Below are positions 30,209-38,621 of a stretch of 43,362 nucleotides of DNA, in pieces. The DNA is from Gammaproteobacteria bacterium (GTDB lineage Bacteria; Pseudomonadota; Gammaproteobacteria; Burkholderiales; SG8-39), in NCBI GenBank assembly GCA_041493345.1, contig JBGPYQ010000002.1:1-43362 (forward strand), written 5' to 3'. The position numbers and the translations under genes were made by a program. The notes below the pieces were generated by a model, which searched no databases, had not been told where the DNA came from, and saw nothing but the letters and a program-made list of their open reading frames with translations. How positions within the stretch are numbered: position 1 is the stretch's first letter; each line of letters starts with the position of its first letter.

Positions 30209-31612
30209 ATGGATTCTCAGGGTCCCGTCGGCTCGCTGCTGGCCCGGATGGCTGAACGACTCAATGCGTTCTGGGTCCGCTGGGGCCTTGCGCTCATCGG
30301 GTTCACCTTCTTTCTGGCGGTCGCCCTGGCCGGCAGCGCCGTCCTCAATCTCGAGACGAACCGCCTCGATGCGCGGCAAAGAGTCGAGCTGGTCTCCTTC
30401 GGGTCGCTGCTGCAGGCGCGCTTGAACCGCGAACTGAGCGGCGTGCTGTTCCTCGCCAGCGGACTGAGCAGCTACCTCGCCGTGCGCGAGGGGAAGCTGA
30501 ACAGAAGCGAGGTAGAGGCGATCCTGGCGAGGCTCTACGCAGAGGCGCGTCACGTCCGATATTTCGGCATTGTGGTCGGCTACAGGCAGACCTACGTTTA
30601 TCCGGTCAAGGGCAATGAACGGGCGATCGGTCTGTACTATCCCGATGTGCCGTCCCAGTGGCCTTACGTCAAGCGCGCGAGCGAAAGCGGCAAGCCGGTT
30701 CTCGCCGGCCCGCTGCAGGTCGTCCAGGGAGGACGCGTCCTGATCTACCGCGTTCCCGTATCGATTCGCGGAAAATACTGGGGCATGTTCTCAACCATCA
30801 TCGATGCCAACCATCTGTTCGCCGACACGTTCGGGGAAGCGTCATCGGAGAACGTGGCGCTGGCCGTGCGGGGCAAGGACGGGCTCGGCATGAAAGGCGA
30901 GGTATTTTGGGGTGAACCCCGGTTGTTCGAACGAAGCGACGTCGAGCTGATCGACGTCGAAGTGCCCGACGGAAAATGGATCATCGCGCTGCAGGCAAAA
31001 TCCCTGCCCGGGGAGGACAGCGGGCTTCTGCGCTTGCGCATCCTGATATGGGTGGTCGCGGCCTTTCTGGGCTGGGGCATTTACGCGCTGCTTGCCCAGC
31101 GCGCCCGGCTTGCGCGCCTCGCGCTGTTCGATCAGCTTACGGGATTGCCCAACCGAAGCCTGATCGAGGACCGGTTGAGCCGCGCGATTTCCGTTCAGCG
31201 CCGCAACCCGTCCACCTTGTCCGCGCTCCTGTTTGTCGATCTCGACGGATTCAAGAGCATCAACGACCTATATGGGCATCGGGCCGGGGACGCGGTCCTG
31301 CATGGCGTGGCAACGCGCGCGCAGCACGCAGTGCGCGACATCGACAGCGTGGGCCGGTGGGGAGGCGACGAATTGATTGTGGTGCTGGAGAACGCGGACC
31401 GCCGGACAGTCCCCGAGCTGATCGAGCGCGTTCGCGAGGCGGTGGAAACTCCGATCGAGTTCGCCGGGCAATCCCTCAAAGTCGGCGCCTCGATCGGATC
31501 GGCCATCGTGCCCGATGACGGCGAATCGGCCGGCGATCTCATCCGGCTCGCAGACCGCCGGATGTATGAAGACAAGCAGAACAGGAAACGGTTTACCCGC
31601 GAGGAAGGCTGA
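30209..31612 (+). CDS. Membrane sensor diguanylate cyclase (periplasmic CHASE-like domain + GGDEF-family domain with GGDEL motif and RxxD I-site)
   Basis: There are two TM segments flanking a ~250-aa periplasmic region (..AIGLYYPDVPSQWPYVKRASESGKPVLAGPLQVVQGGRVLIYRVPV..). This is followed by ..DQLTGLPNR.., ..FVDLDGFKSINDLYGH..GD.. and ..RDIDSVGRWGGDELIVVL... Confidence 0.85.
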   Translation: MDSQGPVGSLLARMAERLNAFWVRWGLALIGFTFFLAVALAGSAVLNLETNRLDARQRVELVSFGSLLQARLNRELSGVLFLASGLSSYLAVREGKLNRSEVEAILARLYAEARHVRYFGIVVGYRQTYVYPVKGNERAIGLYYPDVPSQWPYVKRASESGKPVLAGPLQVVQGGRVLIYRVPVSIRGKYWGMFSTIIDANHLFADTFGEASSENVALAVRGKDGLGMKGEVFWGEPRLFERSDVELIDVEVPDGKWIIALQAKSLPGEDSGLLRLRILIWVVAAFLGWGIYALLAQRARLARLALFDQLTGLPNRSLIEDRLSRAISVQRRNPSTLSALLFVDLDGFKSINDLYGHRAGDAVLHGVATRAQHAVRDIDSVGRWGGDELIVVLENADRRTVPELIERVREAVETPIEFAGQSLKVGASIGSAIVPDDGESAGDLIRLADRRMYEDKQNRKRFTREEG

Positions 31613-31633
31613 CGGCCCGCACCAGCCCCTACA

Positions 31634-32629
31634 ATGGCCCGCCCGGCAAAGCCCAGGACCCAATCCGGAATCAAGCGCGCCCCGGCGAAACGCACGCCGC
31701 GCAAGGCGGCGGCAAAATCGCGCGGGCTCATGCCCGGTGAGTGCCGGCTCGAATCGCTCTCGGGCGCGGCCGCAGAAGTCCGCGGCCGGGTGGAAAAGGA
31801 GGGCGGCATCGTGCTGGGCTGCTACAACGATCCACTGGGCAGGAACCCGCTACTTTTCGCGATCCTTCCCATCGACCGCATCGAGCCGACGCCCTTTCAG
31901 CGCGATCTGTCGGAGGTCCACCATCGACGGCTCGCCGACGTCCTTCACCGCACGGGAATGTTTCTCGACCCCGTGATCGCGGTCACGGCGCCGAACGAAG
32001 GCTTCTGGACGCCGAACGGCCGGCACCGGCTCGAAGCGATGCGCAGGCTCGGGGCGCGCTCGATCACGGCGCTCATCGTCCCGAAGCGCGAGATCGCCTG
32101 GCAGATTCTCGCGCTCAACACCGAAAAGGCGCACAACCTGCGCGAGAAGGCGCTCGAAGTGATCCGCATCGTCCGCGGCCTGATCGAGGAGGACGCGAAG
32201 CGCCCCGAATCGGGCTTCGCCTTCTACCTGGAGCAAGCCTCGCTCGTGACGCTCGGCCTCTGCTACGAAAAGAACGGCAAGTTCGCCGGCGGCGCCTACA
32301 ACCCGATCGTGCGCCGGCTGGAAGCTTTCTCGGACGAGCCTCTGTCCAAGGCCATCGCGGTCCACGAAAAGCACGCCGGCATGCTGATGGAGCTCGATGC
32401 GCGCGTCGCCGAAGTCATGGCGAAGCTGAAACAGCGCGGCTTCGTCAGCCCCTACCTGCGCGCCTTCGTCGTCGCGCGCATCAACCCGCTGCGCTGGATC
32501 CAGGGCGAGCCGCCGCCACTGGAGGAAGTCCTCAAGACCATGCGCGAGCGCGCGGCGAAATTCAACACCGAAAAGATCAAGCAGGAAGACCTGGCCACTG
32601 CGGCCGGCGCGGCGGACGAGCCGGAATGA
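31634..32629 (+). CDS. ParB/Srx-fold (ParB N-terminal nuclease-like) domain protein, orphan
   Basis: ..LPIDRIEPTPFQRDL.. and ..PNGRHRLEAMRRLGARSITALIVP.. fit the ParB N-terminal domain. It has a basic K/R/P-rich N-terminal tail, and there is no parA nearby. It starts 21 nt after the cyclase gene. Confidence 0.7.
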   Translation: MARPAKPRTQSGIKRAPAKRTPRKAAAKSRGLMPGECRLESLSGAAAEVRGRVEKEGGIVLGCYNDPLGRNPLLFAILPIDRIEPTPFQRDLSEVHHRRLADVLHRTGMFLDPVIAVTAPNEGFWTPNGRHRLEAMRRLGARSITALIVPKREIAWQILALNTEKAHNLREKALEVIRIVRGLIEEDAKRPESGFAFYLEQASLVTLGLCYEKNGKFAGGAYNPIVRRLEAFSDEPLSKAIAVHEKHAGMLMELDARVAEVMAKLKQRGFVSPYLRAFVVARINPLRWIQGEPPPLEEVLKTMRERAAKFNTEKIKQEDLATAAGAADEPE

Positions 32630-32740
32630 ACATCAGAAAGTCATCCTGCCCGTTGCACGGCTCTGTCTTGCTGGCCAGTCCGAAAAGGCGCATCCTGATG
32701 CCCGAAAAAAGTCAGGTCATTCCGATACAGGAGGACGTTC

Positions 32741-33217
32741 ATGGCAAAGCTCAACATCAACGGCAGGACCCGTGACGTGCAGGTGGAGGCCGACACGCCA
32801 CTGCTGTGGGTCATCCGCGAGCAGGTCGGCCTCACCGGCACGAAATATGGCTGCGGCGTCGCGCAGTGCGGCGCCTGCTCCGTGCACTTGAACGGCGAGG
32901 TGGTGCGCTCCTGCTCCATCCCGGTCGGGCGCGTGAAAGCCAGCGACAAGATCGTCACCATCGAAGGCCTGTCGGCCACCAGTTCGAACCCCGTGCAGAA
33001 GGCCTGGGCGGCGCTCGACGTGCCGCAGTGCGGCTATTGCCAGTCGGGGCAGATCATGGCGGCCACGGCGCTGCTGAAGAAAAACCCCCAGCCGACCGAT
33101 GCCGACATCGACGAAGCGATGACCAATATCTGCCGCTGCGGCACTTATCAGCGCATCCGGGCCGCCGTGCACATGGCGGCCGCGCAGGTTAGATCCGACG
33201 GCAAGTCCAAAGTCTAG
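32741..33217 (+). CDS. (2Fe-2S)-binding small subunit of an IorAB/aldehyde-oxidoreductase-type molybdoenzyme
   Basis: 158 aa with ..[16 protein letters not shown].. and ..[17 protein letters not shown].. (the two [2Fe-2S] cysteine clusters). AGGAGGA SD upstream. Confidence 0.92.
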   Translation: MAKLNINGRTRDVQVEADTPLLWVIREQVGLTGTKYGCGVAQCGACSVHLNGEVVRSCSIPVGRVKASDKIVTIEGLSATSSNPVQKAWAALDVPQCGYCQSGQIMAATALLKKNPQPTDADIDEAMTNICRCGTYQRIRAAVHMAAAQVRSDGKSKV

Positions 33218-33226
33218 GGGGCTACC

Positions 33227-35434
33227 ATGAAAAAGCAGAACCTCAGCCGGATCGAAAAAGCGGCCACCAATCTTTCGCGCCGCAAGTTCATCGTCGGCAC
33301 CGCAGCCGCGGGCGGCGGGCTGGCGCTCGGATTTCACCTGCCGTTTATAGCAGCGGCCGAGGCCGCGGCCAGCGCAGGCACCGAGCTCAATATCTGGGTC
33401 GTCGTCAAGCCCGACAACACCTGCGTGATCCGCATCGCGCGCTCGGAGATGGGGCAGGGCACGCTCACCGGTCTTGCTCAGCTCGTTGCCGAAGAGCTCG
33501 AGTGCGATTGGAAGAAAGTGGCCACGGAGACGGTAACCCCGGGCCGCAGCCTCGCCCGCAAACGCATCTGGGGCGACATGTCGACCGGTGGCAGCCGCGG
33601 CATCCGCGCCTCGCAGGACTATGTCCGCCGCGCCGGCGCCACCGCGCGCATCATGCTGCTGCAGGCGGCGGCGGATCAGTGGAAGGTGCCGCTCGGCGAG
33701 CTCACCGTCACCGACGGCGTCATCACGCATGCGGCCTCGAAGCGCTCGACTACTTATGGCAAGGTTTCCGTGGCGGCGGGCAAGCTGACCGCGCCGGATC
33801 CGAAGAGCATCAAGCTCAAGGATCCGAAGGACTGGAAGATCGCCGGCAAGCCGATGAAGCGGCTGGACACGGCCGACAAGCTCAACGGCAGCAAGGTCTA
33901 CGCGATCGACATCAAGCTGCCGGGCATGCTGCACGCGGCGGTCAAGGCTTGCCCGGTGTTCGGCGGCAAGCTCGTGAGCTACGACGAGGCCAAGGTTTCG
34001 GGCCGGCCCGGAGTGCGCCGCGCCGTGAAGGTCAGCGACACGGCCGTCGCCGTCGTCGCCGATACCTGGTGGCACGCGAAGACCGCGCTCGAAGCGCTGC
34101 CGATTGTCTGGGATGAAGGCGCCGGCGCGACGCAATCGAGCGCGACGATCGCGGAGCGCTTGAAGGAGGGTCTGACGGCGACGGACGCGTACGCCGGACG
34201 CAATGAAGGCGACGCGCTCAAGGTCATCGCGGGCGCCGCGAAAAAAGTTGAAGCGGTCTACAGCACGCCGTTTCTTTCCCACGCGACCATGGAGCCGATG
34301 AACTGCACGGCCAAAGTTTCGGCGGACGGGGTCGAGGTGTGGGTGCCGACCCAGAGCGCGGAGGCTTCGCTCGCCGCCGCGACCGAGGAGGCGGGATTGC
34401 CGCTCGAGAAAGGCGAGGTCCACCGGCACGACCTCGGCGGCGGCTTCGGCCGGCGCGGCGGTACTCAGGATTACACGCGCCAGGCCGTCGCCATCGCCAG
34501 GCAGTTTCCGGGCGTCCCGGTCAAGCTGATCTGGAGCCGCGAGGAGGATCAGGCGCACGACTTCTACCGGCCGATCTCGCAGTGCAAGCTGACGGCCGGC
34601 CTCGATGAGGGCGGCAAGCTCCTCGCGCTGCACGTACGCCTGTCCGGCCAGTCGATCAATGCGACGCTGAATCCGCCGGCAGCCAAGGGCGGCGCCGACG
34701 AACGCCAGCTCCAGGGGTGGTGGGAAAAACCCGGCGATGCGCAGCTCGGCTACAGCGTCCCGAACCTGCTCATCGAATACGCGATGCGCAATACGCACGT
34801 GCCGGTCGGCCCCTGGCGCGGCGTCAACACCAACCAGAACGGCGTGTACATGGAATGTTTCATCGAGGAAGTGGCCCGGGCCGCCGGCGCCGACTCGCTC
34901 GAATTCCGCCGCGCCCTCATGAGCAAGCATCCGAAGCATCTCGCCGTCCTGAACGCCGCGGCGGAGAAGGCCGATTGGGGCAAGCCGCTGCCTGCCGGCG
35001 TGCATCGCGGCATCGCGCAGTTCATGGGCTATGGCAGCTACTCGGCGGCCGTCGCCGAGGTCTCGGTGAACGGCGAGGGCAAGCTCAAGGTCCATCGCAT
35101 GGTGCTGGCGCTCGATTGCGGCCATACGGTCAATCCCGGCCAGATCGCAGCGCAAATCGAAGGCTCGGTGGCCTATGGTCTGTCCGCCGCGCTCTATGGC
35201 GAGGTTACGGTCCAGAACGGGCGCATGGCGGAGCTCAACTTCCACAACTACCGGATCCTGCGCCTCGCTGAAATGCCGAAGATCGAGACGGTTCTCGTGC
35301 CGTCCTACGACTTCTGGGGCGGAGTCGGCGAGCCGACCATCTGCGTGGTGATACCTTCGGTTCTCAACGCCATCCACGCGGCAACCGGCAAGCCGGTGCG
35401 CAGCCTGCCGCTGAAGAACATCAGGCTCGTGTAA
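33227..35434 (+). CDS. Molybdopterin-binding large subunit (xanthine dehydrogenase family, IorB-like) with Tat signal
   Basis: 735 aa with a twin-arginine leader ..LSRRKFIVGTAAAGGGLALG.. and ..EMGQGTLTGLAQLVAEEL.. plus other XDH-family segments. It lies 10 nt downstream of the 2Fe-2S subunit gene. Confidence 0.9.
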   Translation: MKKQNLSRIEKAATNLSRRKFIVGTAAAGGGLALGFHLPFIAAAEAAASAGTELNIWVVVKPDNTCVIRIARSEMGQGTLTGLAQLVAEELECDWKKVATETVTPGRSLARKRIWGDMSTGGSRGIRASQDYVRRAGATARIMLLQAAADQWKVPLGELTVTDGVITHAASKRSTTYGKVSVAAGKLTAPDPKSIKLKDPKDWKIAGKPMKRLDTADKLNGSKVYAIDIKLPGMLHAAVKACPVFGGKLVSYDEAKVSGRPGVRRAVKVSDTAVAVVADTWWHAKTALEALPIVWDEGAGATQSSATIAERLKEGLTATDAYAGRNEGDALKVIAGAAKKVEAVYSTPFLSHATMEPMNCTAKVSADGVEVWVPTQSAEASLAAATEEAGLPLEKGEVHRHDLGGGFGRRGGTQDYTRQAVAIARQFPGVPVKLIWSREEDQAHDFYRPISQCKLTAGLDEGGKLLALHVRLSGQSINATLNPPAAKGGADERQLQGWWEKPGDAQLGYSVPNLLIEYAMRNTHVPVGPWRGVNTNQNGVYMECFIEEVARAAGADSLEFRRALMSKHPKHLAVLNAAAEKADWGKPLPAGVHRGIAQFMGYGSYSAAVAEVSVNGEGKLKVHRMVLALDCGHTVNPGQIAAQIEGSVAYGLSAALYGEVTVQNGRMAELNFHNYRILRLAEMPKIETVLVPSYDFWGGVGEPTICVVIPSVLNAIHAATGKPVRSLPLKNIRLV

Positions 35435-35738
35435 AACGGCACGGAACTACGCCGGTCGCGGCCGCACGTCGCGCGCGCCGGCGTGATTTTCCAGGCGCTG
35501 CATTACTGCGGCGTTGCTTCGGCACGAACGCGGCGTAGTGCATGAGAAGCTCGGTGGAACTGCCGCGCTCGCCGAGCTCGCTGATCTACTGCGCGAAATG
35601 ACTGTGGCCGGCTCTGAGCGTTCCGCAAAAGACGATGGCCGACCCACAAGACCGGGGCCAGCACACCGCAGAGGATCCCGGCCTTGAGCAGGCCGCGCCT
35701 TTCCGGGCCGGACGCGTCCTCGTGCCGTGTGCCGTTCA

Positions 35739-36722
35739 TCAATCCAGCTTCGCTCCGCTCTCCTTGACGAGCTTCGCCCATTTGGCGAGGTCGGCGAGCA
35801 TGAAGAGACGGAAGTCCTCGGGCGTGGTGCCGGCCGGCTCCGAGCCGTCCGCCACGATACGCTCGCGTATGTCGGGCCGGTTGAGGATCTTGACGAGCTC
35901 GTCGTGCAGCCGCGTGACGATGGGCCTGGGCATCCCGGCGGGACCGACTATGCCGTACCAGCCCACGACTTCGAAGCCCGGCAGCACTTCCGCCATGGCC
36001 GGGAGCTCGGGCAGGACCGCGAGGCGCTTGGGCGCGGTGACCGCGAGCCCGCGCAGCTTCCCGGACCGCGCCAGGGTTTGCGCCGCCTGAATGCCGGCGA
36101 AATTGAAGTGGTATTGCCCGGCGAGCAGGTCCATCAGCGCCGGCCCCGAGCCCTTGTACGGGATGTGCTCGGCCTTCACGCCGGTCATCAGCTTGAAGAG
36201 CTCGCCCGCGAGATGCCCGCCGGTGCCGTTGCCGGCCGAACCGTAATTGAGCGGCCCCTTGAAGTTCTTGGTCCAGTCCATGAATTCCTTGAGGTTCGTC
36301 ACCGGCGTCGCCGGGTTCACCACCAGCATCAACCCGGCGGTCGTGAGCTGCGTGATCGGCGTGAAACTGTTCACCGGGTGATAGGGCAACTTCGGATTCA
36401 GCGCCGCGTTCACCGTGTGCTGGTGATAGGCGAGGAGCAGCGTGTAGCCGTCGGGCGGCGCGTTCGCCGTCAACTCCCCGGCGATCACGCCCGATGCGCT
36501 CGCGCGGTTGTCCACCAGCACCGGCTGCTTGAGCACGTCGCTCAACTGCGCACCGAACACCCGCGCGAGAATATCGGACGTGCCGCCCGCCGCCGCCGCC
36601 GTGATCAGGCGGATCGGGCGGGTGGGGTAGTCCTGCTGCGCTTGGGCCGGAGCGGCGAGGGCGAGGCCGAGCGGTAGGAGGAGTGCGCTGAAGGCACGGG
36701 AAAGCGAAGGGCGGGATTTCAT
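35739..36722 (-). CDS. Bug/TctC-family substrate-binding protein
   Basis: ATG 36722 starts MKSRPSLSRAFSALLLPLGLALAAPAQAQQDYPTRPIRLITAAAAGGTSD.., followed by ..GSAGNGTGGHL.. and ..IPYKGSGPA... The track ORF start at 36980 is an extension through a low-G+C spacer. Confidence 0.92.
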   Translation of the reverse strand: MKSRPSLSRAFSALLLPLGLALAAPAQAQQDYPTRPIRLITAAAAGGTSDILARVFGAQLSDVLKQPVLVDNRASASGVIAGELTANAPPDGYTLLLAYHQHTVNAALNPKLPYHPVNSFTPITQLTTAGLMLVVNPATPVTNLKEFMDWTKNFKGPLNYGSAGNGTGGHLAGELFKLMTGVKAEHIPYKGSGPALMDLLAGQYHFNFAGIQAAQTLARSGKLRGLAVTAPKRLAVLPELPAMAEVLPGFEVVGWYGIVGPAGMPRPIVTRLHDELVKILNRPDIRERIVADGSEPAGTTPEDFRLFMLADLAKWAKLVKESGAKLD

Positions 36723-36871
36723 GGCGCTTGTCCTCGGTTGGAGCAGACACTGGGTCCAATGATGGACTCCTTCTGATACCGGCTCAACGCCGGCCGCCGG
36801 GGCGCGCAGCGCAGAGGGAACCCGAAAGCGCAGCTTTTTGGGCGGGTCCGGTTGAGCGCCGTGTCCGGCTC

Positions 36872-36961
36872 TCAACGACGGGTGTTGGCGGCAGCCTCGC
36901 GGACGACGAGAACGAGCCCAACTATCAAAATAACAAGTGCAAGTATAGGAGCCCAAGCCAT
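36872..36961 (-). CDS. Candidate 29-aa hydrophobic small protein
   Basis: Own translation gives MAWAPILALVILIVGLVLVVREAAANTRR*. A GGAGA SD lies 7 nt upstream of ATG 36961. It sits in a low-G+C spacer upstream of the Bug gene. There is no other support. Confidence 0.25.
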   Translation of the reverse strand: MAWAPILALVILIVGLVLVVREAAANTRR

Positions 36962-37015
36962 TAGAGATTCTCCAATTCACTTATTTTACTATCGCTTTGA
37001 TACACTGCCCGATCA

Positions 37016-38302
37016 ATGAACCGACAGCTCGTCAGTCCGATGATGCCGTCCTGGATCGAAAGAATGACACCGGGTTGTTGGTATCGCATTTCGGGAGATC
37101 GTCCTGATCTCGATTTACGGCCGACGCCGCGCGGCACTCGCTATCTGTGCGACACCGACCCCGCTGGCGATCGAACTCTGAATCCTCCCATCAGTTTCAA
37201 AGAACGTCTACGCCGGCTGCTGGGGCGGCGACCCTATTCACCTTGGCAAGGACAATGTGGTTTCCCGGCGATTACCGAAGCGTGGAACGGCGCGGTGTTC
37301 GCGTCTCGCTTCGGCGCGAGCGGTTCGATGATTATCTTTGGCGGCGGCCACGATGACTATTTCGGCTCAAGCGTGCACGCGTTCGATATTGCCGCGCGTC
37401 AATGGTCGCGTATCTCTGACGGCTACGTTTCCGGCAGCGCGAATGAGTACGGCGAGGGTGCGGCTTATCCCAACGCCGTATATCCGGATAGCTCGCCTTT
37501 GCCGCCACATACTTACGCTTACGTGCAATACGACCCGGTGGGCAATGACTATTTGCTGTTCAAAGGCCAAACCGAATTAGGACCGAACGTAAAAGCGACT
37601 CCGATTCCGCACATGCTCAATCTGGATTCGCTGACGTGGCGCAGAGGGCCGAAACATCCCTCGGCGATCCTGGGATCGGGCGGCTGGACGACGTGGGATG
37701 CAACGCGACGAATCCTGTGGGGCCATTCGGGCGACAGCGGCAATGGTTTTACCGGTTTTTGCCCGGACGGCGACAACAGCGATGGAACGTTTGGTTCATG
37801 GACGACGCTCTATCCAAAAAAGATCCGGACGGCGGATCATAATGCGATGGCGTTCGATCCCGTGCGGGATATTGTCGCGGTGATCGCAGGCGCAATTAAT
37901 ACGCTTTATGCCATCGACCCGAGAGCCCCGGACCGGGAGATCGTGCGGCTTTCCTCTTCTGGAGACCCGCCGAAGATTTCGGAATACGCCGCGCTGGAGT
38001 ACGCACCTAACCGTGAGCGATTTGTTTATTACTCTGCGAACGATGGACCGCACATCTATTCGATTGCGGCCCCGGCAGGCTCCAAATGGCCAGACCTGAC
38101 GGCCGGAGTTTGGAACTGGGATAAATTTCTCAACGAACGAAACAACCTGGATCCGGTCGCACATGCTCACGCGATCTCAAATTGCGCCGTGAATAGATCT
38201 CACACTTTTGGGCGCTTTCGAGTCGCTACGTACGGAACCATCGACGTAGCCATTTTGGTGCGGCACATGGACACGCCTGTTTACGCCATGAGGTTAAATT
38301 AA
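37016..38302 (+). CDS. Hypothetical protein, Kelch/galactose-oxidase-like beta-propeller, no signal peptide
   Basis: 428-aa ORF with visibly lower G+C. It shows repeated blade-like segments (..MIIFGGGHDDYFGSSVHAFD.., ..YVQYDPVGNDYLLFKG.., ..TTWDATRRILWGH.., ..AMAFDPVRDIVAV.., ..LEYAPNRERFVYYS..). There is no convincing SD. Confidence 0.6.
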   Translation: MNRQLVSPMMPSWIERMTPGCWYRISGDRPDLDLRPTPRGTRYLCDTDPAGDRTLNPPISFKERLRRLLGRRPYSPWQGQCGFPAITEAWNGAVFASRFGASGSMIIFGGGHDDYFGSSVHAFDIAARQWSRISDGYVSGSANEYGEGAAYPNAVYPDSSPLPPHTYAYVQYDPVGNDYLLFKGQTELGPNVKATPIPHMLNLDSLTWRRGPKHPSAILGSGGWTTWDATRRILWGHSGDSGNGFTGFCPDGDNSDGTFGSWTTLYPKKIRTADHNAMAFDPVRDIVAVIAGAINTLYAIDPRAPDREIVRLSSSGDPPKISEYAALEYAPNRERFVYYSANDGPHIYSIAAPAGSKWPDLTAGVWNWDKFLNERNNLDPVAHAHAISNCAVNRSHTFGRFRVATYGTIDVAILVRHMDTPVYAMRLN

Positions 38303-38469
38303 CGAAATGTACTGGAATGGATCTTGATCCGGTAGTCCCGCTCCGCTGCTTCGACAGATACGTAACCACGCGGCAGGTCGCGCTCGACGAGCTCCCGCGG
38401 CCGTTCCGACTGCGCTCCGTAATCTCCTCCGCCGCCGGTTTCGACGATGATCGAATCGCCGGGCCCGAG
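38299..38469 (-). pseudogene. 3'-terminal remnant of a hydantoinase B/oxoprolinase (HyuB) family gene
   Basis: ..LGPGDSIIVETGGGGDYGAQSERPRELVERDLPRGYVSVEAAERDYRI.. matches the conserved HyuB C-terminus (PGD..x..GGGG(Y/D)G.P..R....V..D...G.VS...A...Y.V). No upstream body is present. It is a high-G+C stub between two low-G+C stretches. Confidence 0.6.
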
Positions 38470-38621
38470 CGGCCGAGCGCCATAAGCGAGACAAATGCAC
38501 AAGATTTGAAACGTTTTGGCAAGAATACGAAAGACAACCTCGGCTCTATGTCATTAGCATTCGATGCGGTCCTATCCCTTCAGGCGCGATCTCAAGCTGT
38601 TTCCGAAATGAGGAGTGAAAC

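Noticed and set aside
31330-31400. Calling the GGDEF-domain protein catalytically dead because the motif reads GGDEL
   Set aside because: The rest of the active-site context (..DLDGFKSINDLYGH..GD.., RxxD I-site) is intact, and a single Phe-to-Leu change cannot be judged from sequence alone. I left it as uncertain rather than degenerate.
32717-35377. 886-aa ORF on the minus strand, the longest in the window
   Set aside because: It lies entirely antisense to the well-supported IorA/IorB genes. Its product is Arg/Gly/His/Asp-rich low-complexity sequence with no recognisable motif. It is a typical shadow ORF of high-G+C DNA.
35503-35738. 78-codon minus-strand ORF whose ATG overlaps the Bug stop (TGATG)
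   Set aside because: The product is Arg/Ala-rich with only a weak hydrophobic stretch and no family resemblance (it is not TctB-like in length or topology). It is probably chance in high-G+C DNA.
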